A stretch of DNA of 64,000 nucleotides from assembly GCA_003483065.1 (NCBI GenBank), contig DMWY01000001.1:72606-136605 (forward strand). Direction: 5' to 3'. The notes beneath the pieces are model-generated. The model saw nothing but the letters and a program-made list of their open reading frames with translations, was not told the DNA's origin and did not search any database. The stretch's first letter is position 1. Each line of letters opens with the position of its first letter. This document shows, one piece after another, positions 56,748 to 64,000 of the stretch. Origin of the DNA: Candidatus Moraniibacteriota bacterium. Its GTDB lineage: Bacteria > Patescibacteriota > Minisyncoccia > Moranbacterales > UBA2206. Both the position numbers and the translations under genes were made by a program.

Positions 56748-58163
56748 CTAAAGATTCTTTCTCTTTCTAAATAAAACTCCTACTGTTTTCAAACAAATTT
56801 GAATATCCAACCACAATGACCAATTTTCAATGTAGAATAAATCTAATTTATATTCATCTTCAAAATCCAAGTCTGATCGACCAGACACCTGAGCCATTCC
56901 AGTGACACCAGGCTTAATCGTGAGTAATCGGCGGTGATATTCCATATATTTTTCCACTTCTCTTTTTTGATGCGGGCGTGGACCGACTAAACTCATTGTG
57001 CCAAAAAGAACATTAAAAAATTGTGGCAATTCATCAAGAGAATATTTTTCAATAAATTTTCCTACTCGCGTTTTTCTTGGATCATCTTTTATCTTGTAGA
57101 GCGGACCTTTGCGTATACTTTGTTTTTCAATTAAATTTTGTTCTAATTTCAAAGCCTCCTCTAATTTAGGATTCTCCTTTGAAATACAAAATTCATTTTT
57201 AAAGTAGCGAAATTTATACATAAAAAATTTCTCAGTATCACTACCAATTCTTTCGTTTTTATAAATTATCGGACCCTCACTATCCAGCTTCACTGCGATA
57301 GCAGTGATAATCAAAATCGGTGAAGTGAGAATTATTCCAAAAAGTGAAGCTATGATGTCAAAAACGCGCTTCAAAATTCTACCCCAACCATCCAATGGAG
57401 TACTTTGCACTTCAATCAAGGGCTCTCCGTTTAGAACGCTGATTTCAAACTTGGATGTCTGCAGACTATTAGGAATATATTTAAATTTAATATTATGAAT
57501 GGAAGAATAGTCAATTAATTTTTCTTGTTCCGCATCGGTAATTGACGGCTCACAAAGAATTATTTCGTCGATACCTCGTTGTTCCTTGATTTCCTTGATC
57601 ACGTGCAGGCTGGCGGTTTCGATTTGATCGATTATCTTGTAACCTAAATTTTTATTGCGTCTGATTATTTTGCAAATAGCATTTATTTTTCCATTTTTTC
57701 CAATTAGAAGTACTCGATGCACACCAATTTCTCTTGAGCGAAGCAACCATTTTTGAAAAAGCTGAATGAGGTAGCGCGCAGCGATAACATAAAAAACCCC
57801 CAATCCCCAAGCGGCCAAAATCACAAAACGCGAAGAGAACCATTCGCGCTTCAAAAATATTGTCACGATAATAATCACCAGTCCAATGGAAGTCGCGGAA
57901 AAAACCTTGATTGTTTCTTTCCAAAATTTTCGCGTAGCACGAATATTATATAATCCCTCTAGGGCATAAATCAAAATAAAAAAGGGAGCTACGATAAAAA
58001 TAATTTTTATATAACTTTCAAAAGAAAAACTATACAATTTTGGTTTGAGCGCCAAAAGTTCTGGCACATTTCGAATAGCAAAAGCCGAGATAGCGGCAAG
58101 CACTATCATCAAAAAATCCACCGGAACCTGCATAGCACTAAAAAAAAGTTCTGATCTCTTCAT
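56748..58163 (-). CDS. polyprenyl-phosphate sugar phosphotransferase (WbaP/WcaJ-type priming glycosyltransferase)
   Basis: N-terminal TM helices plus C-terminal Bac_transf domain (KFRYF...DELPQFFNVLFGTMSLVGPRP). Confidence 0.85.
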   Translation of the reverse strand: MKRSELFFSAMQVPVDFLMIVLAAISAFAIRNVPELLALKPKLYSFSFESYIKIIFIVAPFFILIYALEGLYNIRATRKFWKETIKVFSATSIGLVIIIVTIFLKREWFSSRFVILAAWGLGVFYVIAARYLIQLFQKWLLRSREIGVHRVLLIGKNGKINAICKIIRRNKNLGYKIIDQIETASLHVIKEIKEQRGIDEIILCEPSITDAEQEKLIDYSSIHNIKFKYIPNSLQTSKFEISVLNGEPLIEVQSTPLDGWGRILKRVFDIIASLFGIILTSPILIITAIAVKLDSEGPIIYKNERIGSDTEKFFMYKFRYFKNEFCISKENPKLEEALKLEQNLIEKQSIRKGPLYKIKDDPRKTRVGKFIEKYSLDELPQFFNVLFGTMSLVGPRPHQKREVEKYMEYHRRLLTIKPGVTGMAQVSGRSDLDFEDEYKLDLFYIENWSLWLDIQICLKTVGVLFRKRKNL

Positions 58164-58172
58164 GTTATTCTT

Positions 58173-58205
58173 TACGAATTACTAATCTCTTACTAATATA
58201 CTAAT
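58173..58205. repeat. TACGAAT/TACTAAT heptamer array upstream of the priming transferase
   Basis: TACGAAT at 58173; TACTAAT at 58180, 58191 and 58199. Confidence 0.5.
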
Positions 58206-58296
58206 TTTAATCAAATTTAATCAGTGGTGGAAAAATAATAAACTCACATTAGTATATTCGTATAAAATTCGTAATTGGTAAAGATTTTGAGCATAT

Positions 58297-58647
58297 ATCA
58301 AGGCAAATCTATAAGCCGGATTTTGTCGAGAATGATCATTTATCTAGTCCCGATATTACTATCGGGATCAAGCGGTACTTCTTATTCTTACTAGTGTAGA
58401 ACAAGACACGACCTTGCATCCAGGTAAGGATTTAGCCGTTTCACCCCAATATTACTATTGGATTCGCCCCGCCCTTTATAAATAAAAAGCTGGGTGCTCA
58501 ACCTTTCGGTTTCGCACGTCTCTGCTCGCACCTCTTAGATTGCTCTAGATGGGTGTTACCCACTACCCTTTCCGCCTCTTCGGCGGATAAATGTCCGGAC
58601 TTTCCTCTCTGACTTTACGTCAGGGCGATCATTCAATTTGCCTTGAT
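58297..58647 (-). ncRNA. rnpB: RNase P RNA (bacterial type A)
   Basis: The minus strand reads GAGGAAAGTCCGGAC (P4 5' strand), GGGTAACACCC, AGAGCAA and the 3' P4 strand ACAAAATCCGGCTTATAG. P1 pairs 5' CAAGGCAAAT with 3' ATTTGCCTTG. ~351 nt, ORF-free and GC-enriched. Confidence 0.8.
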
Positions 58648-58787
58648 ATATGCCTAAAATTTTATGCAAAAAAATCAAAACACATTTTTTTGCCTTTTTT
58701 AAGCCATTTTTTAAATATTCCTACCTGTTTATACTAGCACAATATGTATGATTTGTAAACCCTAAAGCCAAACACCAAAATCAAGCG

Positions 58788-61427
58788 TTAAGAAAGCTTT
58801 TTTAGATTATCAAGCAAATCTTTTTGCGATTTTAATTTCTCCCTGTATTCAGCAAGTTTAATCTTATTATTTTCCACAATTTCTTTCGGCGCGCTGGCGA
58901 GGAAATTTTTGTTGGCGAGAAGGGCGCTGTTTTTGGCAATCAAATTTTCCAGATTGGTAATTTCTTTGTAAAAATTTTTCTTTTCTTTTTCCACATCAAT
59001 CAATTCCGCAATATCTAAAACTATTTTCAAATCTTTTCCGGAAATTTCAATCCCCTGTTTTTTTGCATCAGAAAATTTAACTCGTCCTAATTTTTCAATT
59101 ATCTCTTGATTTTTGAGTTTTTTTGCATACGCCTCAATGATTTCACTTGGCGCAATACGATAACTAGACCGAATATTTCGAATTTTACCGATTATTTCCT
59201 GCAAGTTTTGAAATTCTTTTTCCGCTTTTTTATTAATTAGTTTTTTGTCCGATACCGGCCACTTTTCAACCATTAATATTTTGACTTTTTTATTCGTAGC
59301 ATTCGCATGTATTCGCAGATTCGCATCGCCATATATTTTTTCCGTCACAAACGGCATAAACGGATGCCAAAGTTTTAATATTTTCTCCAAAACATATCCC
59401 AAAACCTTGTCATTTTTTTCAAGTTTGTGAATTTCAAGGTACCATGAAGCCAGATCATCCCAAGTAAATTTAATGAGAATATTTTCTGCCATGGCAATAT
59501 TTTTATTCTCCAGCATTTTTGATGCTTCCAAAATCGCCTGATTAACTCGGGAAACAATCCAACTATCCGCCAAACTTTTCAAATCATGTCTAGAAATTTT
59601 TTCTTCTAGTTTAAAATTTTCATTTGAGCTGAAACTATAGCGATAGATATTCCAAAGCTTGGTCACGAAATTTCGATATTTTTCTATTTTTTCTTCATAG
59701 AGTCGCGTATCAAGTCCGGGGGTTGTATCAGTAATAAGACTCATACGAAGCGCATCCGCTCCATACTTCTCAATCATTTGCAAGGGATCAACTCCATTGC
59801 CTTTAGATTTTGACATCTTAAGACCGTCTTTATCTCTAATCAGTCCAGTGAAAAATAAATTCTTAAACGGCACCTTACCGGTTCGATATAGTCCCATCAT
59901 AATCATCTTAGAAGCCCAGAAAAAAAGTAGGTCGCGTCCTGTAACCATCATTTCGGTTGAATAAAAATCTTTATAGTCTTTGCCTTTTGGATAACCCAGA
60001 GTTGTATATGGCCATTGACCAGAAGAAAACCAAGTGTCAAAAGTATCCTGATCTTGAATCAATTCTGCTCCCTTGCATTTCGGACATTTTTTTGGCTTTT
60101 CAATTGAAACAATGTAATTCTCCTCTCCACATTTTTCACAATACCATACTGGAATTTGCGGTCCCCACCAAATTTGGCGCGAAATACACCAATCATGCAA
60201 ACCCGAAAACCATTGCGTCATTATTTTTCCAAAACTTTTCGGATAAACTTCAATCTTCCCTGTTTTGATTGCTTTCAAAGATTCTTTTTTTAGCGAATAC
60301 TTTTTTGCATCCACATTCACAAACCATTGCTTGGAAATTAGAGGCTCAATCGTTTCCTTGCAACGCTCACAAATTGATTTATTGATTTCATTCTCTTCTA
60401 TTTTTTCAATAAGGCCAAACTCAGTCAAATCGCGTACAATATTTTCCCGTGCCTCTTCAACTTTTTGCCCAACATATTTCCCGCCTAATTTTGTAATCTC
60501 GGCTTTTTCATTAATCACTTGAATTTCTTGGAGTTTATGATCCTTGCCAATTTGCCAGTCCAGCGGATCATGCGCCGGAGTAATTTTCACCGCGCCTGTA
60601 CCAAATTCCATTTCCATTCTTCTGTCCGAAATAATTGGAATTTCTCGATTTTGCAAAGGCAAGATAACGATTTTTCCCACTAATTTTTCAAAGCGCTTGT
60701 CTTTTGGATTAACTGCCACGGCCGTATCACCCAGCATCGTTTCTGGACGCGTCGTTGCAACCGTGATAAATTGCTTGGAATCTTTCAAGGGATATTTTAT
60801 ATAGTATAATTTTCCGGCTGTTTTCTTGTGAAGCACTTCCACATCTGAAAGTGCAGTGGAACATCTAGGGCACCAGTTGATTATTCTTTCTCCGCGATAA
60901 ATCATTCCGTCCTTTTCCATCTTGACAAAAGTTTCCAGTGCCCGAGAAAGAACATCTGGATCGAGTGTGAATTTTTCTCGCGACCAATCAGCGCTAATAC
61001 CAATTTTCTTTTCTTGCGCGCGCATATAGTTCGATCGATCAATACAAAAGTCATAAATCTCCTTGTAGAATTTTTCTCGCCCTAAATCATATCGGGAAAT
61101 CCCCCGTTCTGCTTTGATTTTTTTTTCATAAACTACTTGCGACTGAATTCCGGCGTGATCTTTTCCTGGAAAAAGCAAAACTTTCTCCCCTTTCATGCGA
61201 TGATAGCGACCAAAAATATCCATCACGGTGTAACCTGAAGCATGCCCAAGATGAAGCTCTCCATTAGCATTCGGTGGTGGCAAAATATTGCAATATTTTT
61301 TTCGATTTTTATCTTCAGCCCAAGGCTGACAGGTATCCGGGTTGAAAAACCCACTCTCCTCCCAGAGCTTATATATCTCGTCCTCATATTTATTCGCTTC
61401 GTATGTTTTTGAAATTTCCCTAATCAT
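58788..61427 (-). CDS. valS: valyl-tRNA synthetase
   Basis: PPPNANGELHLGHA (HIGH), KMSKSKGN, editing and anticodon-binding domains, C-terminal coiled coil. Confidence 0.9.
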   Translation of the reverse strand: MIREISKTYEANKYEDEIYKLWEESGFFNPDTCQPWAEDKNRKKYCNILPPPNANGELHLGHASGYTVMDIFGRYHRMKGEKVLLFPGKDHAGIQSQVVYEKKIKAERGISRYDLGREKFYKEIYDFCIDRSNYMRAQEKKIGISADWSREKFTLDPDVLSRALETFVKMEKDGMIYRGERIINWCPRCSTALSDVEVLHKKTAGKLYYIKYPLKDSKQFITVATTRPETMLGDTAVAVNPKDKRFEKLVGKIVILPLQNREIPIISDRRMEMEFGTGAVKITPAHDPLDWQIGKDHKLQEIQVINEKAEITKLGGKYVGQKVEEARENIVRDLTEFGLIEKIEENEINKSICERCKETIEPLISKQWFVNVDAKKYSLKKESLKAIKTGKIEVYPKSFGKIMTQWFSGLHDWCISRQIWWGPQIPVWYCEKCGEENYIVSIEKPKKCPKCKGAELIQDQDTFDTWFSSGQWPYTTLGYPKGKDYKDFYSTEMMVTGRDLLFFWASKMIMMGLYRTGKVPFKNLFFTGLIRDKDGLKMSKSKGNGVDPLQMIEKYGADALRMSLITDTTPGLDTRLYEEKIEKYRNFVTKLWNIYRYSFSSNENFKLEEKISRHDLKSLADSWIVSRVNQAILEASKMLENKNIAMAENILIKFTWDDLASWYLEIHKLEKNDKVLGYVLEKILKLWHPFMPFVTEKIYGDANLRIHANATNKKVKILMVEKWPVSDKKLINKKAEKEFQNLQEIIGKIRNIRSSYRIAPSEIIEAYAKKLKNQEIIEKLGRVKFSDAKKQGIEISGKDLKIVLDIAELIDVEKEKKNFYKEITNLENLIAKNSALLANKNFLASAPKEIVENNKIKLAEYREKLKSQKDLLDNLKKLS
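59292..59330. repeat. ATTCGCA/TGCGAAT triple repeat inside valS (in-frame)
   Basis: ATTCGTAGC ATTCGCATGT ATTCGCAGATTCGCATCGCC. Encodes GDANLRIHANATN. Resembles the intergenic repeats at 17869-17950 and 36229-36267 (CTGCGAAT..ACATGCGAAT). Confidence 0.45.
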
Positions 61428-61452
61428 CTTAACATTTTAGCATATTAACATT
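61428..61452 (-). promoter_or_regulatory. ATGYTAA heptamer array / extended -10-like element abutting the valS start codon
   Basis: The minus strand reads GGAAATGTTAAAATGTTAATATGCTAAAATGTTAAG|ATG. Confidence 0.4.
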
Positions 61453-61812
61453 TTAACATTTCCTTATTGATTCCATTGATTTCCATAGCATGGCACCAAT
61501 TTCGTCTGCCAACTTGATTGATTTTTTATAGTCATTGTCAGTATAATATTTTTCAACTAAAGCAAAATGCAGGAGATACATCGATTCTTTTAAAGATCCG
61601 TATGATATTTCCCAGAAATTTAGTTTAACCATTTGCTTTTTTCTAGCAAAACCTTCTAAGTAATTCAGAATTACAGACAAAGACGACCGCCTTAATTGAG
61701 AAGTTACTCCATACAATTCTTCTTTCGGAAAATTCTTAGTAATCCTATAGCACAAATGTGCATATTCATCCATTTTAATTTTTAATTGATGCGGAAAATC
61801 ATTATTGGTCAT
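61453..61812 (-). CDS. four-helix-bundle protein (TIGR02436 / 23S rRNA intervening-sequence protein family; DGR Avd-like fold)
   Basis: YRITKNFPKEELYGVTSQLRRSSLSVILNYLEGFARK...ISYGSLKESMYLL signature of this family. Confidence 0.75.
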   Translation of the reverse strand: MTNNDFPHQLKIKMDEYAHLCYRITKNFPKEELYGVTSQLRRSSLSVILNYLEGFARKKQMVKLNFWEISYGSLKESMYLLHFALVEKYYTDNDYKKSIKLADEIGAMLWKSMESIRKC

Positions 61813-61860
61813 GTTTATTTTTGTTAAAATGCTAAAATGTTAGCATGCTAAAATGTTTTT
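61813..61860. promoter_or_regulatory. ATGCTAA/TTAGCAT heptamer array between the four-helix-bundle gene and pheT
   Basis: TTTATTTTTGTTAAAATGCTAAAATGTTAGCATGCTAAAATG; shares TTTATTTTTGTTAAAATG with 56706-56730. Confidence 0.4.
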
Positions 61861-64000
61861 TTATTTTCTAATCTCCAACCCTAATTCTTTTTCCAATCCT
61901 GCGACAATTTTTCCCATCACTTCATCCACTTCTTTGTTTTCTAGTGTTCGCTCTGGCGCGCCAAATTCAATGTGATAAGCGAAGCTCGTTACTCCGTCCT
62001 TAAAAAAGACATCAAACATAGAAACATTCAAGACTAAATCTCCGCCGATTTTCTTGATTAGTTTTTGAATTTCAATGGCTTTGGTTTCGCCTTTGGCAAG
62101 CATGGAAATGTCCCGGGTGATGGTTGGAAATTTTTGCAAAGCTTTATAAACAAGTTCTTTTTGAGAAATTTTCAAAAGTTTTTCCGTGTCCAATTCACAA
62201 ACTGCCACTCTTTTTCCAATTTTATATTTTCCCAAAACCAAAGGATTAATCTCCCCTATCATTCCGATTTTTTCGCCATCAACCAAAATCTCTGCACTTC
62301 TTCCTGCGTGAGCAAGATGATTTTTTGAAAGCTTAACTTCGTTGAATGAAATCGAATTTTCATCAACGCTAATTTTCTCCAACAAATTTTCTGTTGCGCC
62401 TTTTATACTATAAAAAGTTTCCGCATTTTTGCTTGCCCCGTGTTTCGCTTCAGCGAAATTTACGGGGTCCTTTTCTAAAACTTGCGCCATAACGAACATT
62501 CTTTTTTCTTCTGTTCCTGTCATTCTGAACTCGTTTCGGAATCCAGATCCTGAAACAAGTTCAGGATGACAAAGGTAAACTTTTCCAATTTCAAAAATAT
62601 TCAAACTTTCAAAATTCTTGAGGTTAGTTTTAATGTTTTTCAAAATATTTGGAATAAGACTCACTCGAACATATTTTTGATCCGGATTCATTGGACTAGA
62701 AAGTTCAAAATGTTTCACGTTATCCAAGGCGCAATTCTTAGCATCAATTTCAGAATAGAAAGAATAATTATACATTTCATCAAATCCAAAACCAACCGAA
62801 ATTTCTCCTAATCTTCGCTCAAAAGACAAAACTTCATTTATCTTAGCGGGAATAATAGGTTCAACAAGCGGACGCGGTTCAATTTTTTCATATCCCCAAA
62901 TCCGTCCAATCTCTTCAATCAAATCTTCTTGAGTTTTAAGATCAACTCTAAACGTAGGAACAATACACACTACCTTATATGGTTGAATGGTAGTGCCGAT
63001 TCCTAATAAATTTAATATTCTTATGATTTCTTTTTTTGGAATTATTTCTCCTAAAAGAGAGTTTACATATTCCAAATCTAATTTTATTTTACAAGGCTTA
63101 ATTTTATTTGGATAAACATCAATCACTCCTTCGAGCTTTGCGTCAGCGGTATGCTCCAAAACTTCTATGATTCTAACAATAGCTTTTTCGGCTAAATTTG
63201 GATCAATCTCTTTTTCAAAACGATCAGATGATTCAGTTTTCACGCCCAGTCTTGTTCTTGAGCGTCTAATATTAACGGCATCAAAATTAGCCGCTTCCAA
63301 AATTATTGTCTTAGTATTTTCGTTTATACCTGAATCTTTCCCACCCATAATTCCAGCTAACGCCAACGGCGTTTCACCATTAGTAATAAGTAAATCCTGA
63401 TCTGATAATTTTAATTTAGTTTCATCCAATAATTCCATCTCTTCATTCTCCTTAGCTTTTCTTACTACTATTTGGATTTTATTTGTTTCTTGTTTCTTGT
63501 TTCTTGTTTCTTGGCCTGAGATTTTGGAAAAATCGAAGGCATGCATTGGTTGCCCAAGTTCCAGCATCACATAATTAGTTGCGTCAACAACATTGTTAAT
63601 CGGACGAATTCCAGAAGCTTCCAATCTTTGCTTCATCCAACTTGGCGAATCTTTAATTTCTACATTTTCCATTACTGCGCCGATATAGCGAGAACAAAGC
63701 TTTCTATCTTCAATTTTTACAATTAATTTTTTGGATTTTTTATTAGGCAATTTCAGTCCATCAAAATCATATTCAAAATTCTTATTTTCCAGCACTGAAA
63801 TTTCTCGCGCCACTCCAACATGACTGGTTGCATCGTGCGCTCGATCTGGCAAAACTTTTATTTCAAAAATCGTGTCATCTTCCACGCCCAAATATTTTTT
63901 AGCCGGCTCGCCAATTTTAGCTTTAGAATCTAGAATAAAAATTCCACTATGATCAGCTCCAAGTCCTAACTCGTCTAACGCACAAAGCATACCAAAAGAT
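61861..64000 (-). CDS. pheT: phenylalanyl-tRNA synthetase beta subunit (5' end beyond the window)
   Basis: B3/B4, B5, catalytic-like and C-terminal anticodon-binding (FDV) domains. The N-terminal tRNA-binding domain lies beyond position 64000. Confidence 0.9.
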   Translation of the reverse strand, partial: SFGMLCALDELGLGADHSGIFILDSKAKIGEPAKKYLGVEDDTIFEIKVLPDRAHDATSHVGVAREISVLENKNFEYDFDGLKLPNKKSKKLIVKIEDRKLCSRYIGAVMENVEIKDSPSWMKQRLEASGIRPINNVVDATNYVMLELGQPMHAFDFSKISGQETRNKKQETNKIQIVVRKAKENEEMELLDETKLKLSDQDLLITNGETPLALAGIMGGKDSGINENTKTIILEAANFDAVNIRRSRTRLGVKTESSDRFEKEIDPNLAEKAIVRIIEVLEHTADAKLEGVIDVYPNKIKPCKIKLDLEYVNSLLGEIIPKKEIIRILNLLGIGTTIQPYKVVCIVPTFRVDLKTQEDLIEEIGRIWGYEKIEPRPLVEPIIPAKINEVLSFERRLGEISVGFGFDEMYNYSFYSEIDAKNCALDNVKHFELSSPMNPDQKYVRVSLIPNILKNIKTNLKNFESLNIFEIGKVYLCHPELVSGSGFRNEFRMTGTEEKRMFVMAQVLEKDPVNFAEAKHGASKNAETFYSIKGATENLLEKISVDENSISFNEVKLSKNHLAHAGRSAEILVDGEKIGMIGEINPLVLGKYKIGKRVAVCELDTEKLLKISQKELVYKALQKFPTITRDISMLAKGETKAIEIQKLIKKIGGDLVLNVSMFDVFFKDGVTSFAYHIEFGAPERTLENKEVDEVMGKIVAGLEKELGLEIRK
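63485..63512. repeat. (GTTTCTT)x4 heptanucleotide tandem repeat inside pheT
   Basis: Four exact tandem copies; encodes QETRNKKQETN on the minus strand. Confidence 0.7.

Noticed and set aside
61453-61812. Diversity-generating retroelement around the Avd-like gene
   Set aside because: No reverse transcriptase and no template/variable repeat pair were detected in the window.
1-64000. CRISPR array search
   Set aside because: The only short tandem arrays are 7-nt heptamers (TACGAAT, ATGCTAA, GTTTCTT) without unique spacers or 25-40 bp repeat units. No cas-like genes were found.

Overview
This 64-kb window comes from an AT-rich (roughly one-third GC), gene-dense bacterial chromosome. Its small housekeeping gene set, many GT4 glycosyltransferases, weak or absent Shine-Dalgarno sequences and frequent in-frame insertions in conserved genes suggest a Patescibacteria/CPR-like organism; this is tentative and uses the standard genetic code. 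Housekeeping genes present are priA, def-fmt, obg, yidD, a CorA-like transporter, cysS, a Dus, dnaB, recR, rplU, clpB, htrA, a ferredoxin, a PrsA-like PPIase, an FtsB-like protein, lepA, valS and a partial pheT. Other content: RNase P RNA on the minus strand at 58297-58647 (missed by the ORF track), rfbB/rfbC, and two cell-envelope polysaccharide clusters (20124-27840 and 49047-58163), each led by a DUF4012-like protein. A MacB/FtsX-type ABC pair converges on a catalytically dead HtrA-like PDZ protein. An ORF-poor, repeat-rich segment at 45.8-48.5 kb sits beside a XerC/D-like tyrosine recombinase and carries three copies of a ~95-bp structured repeat, a GC-rich structured RNA candidate and small secreted Cys-rich proteins. 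Three themes recur in the sequence: GC-rich perfect palindromes inserted in-frame into conserved genes (priA, dus, lepA, probably valS); a TagA-like gene broken by a 5-bp tandem duplication; and heptamer arrays (ATGYTAA, TACGAAT/TACTAAT) abutting start codons. No CRISPR array, tRNA, rRNA or tmRNA was recognised by eye.
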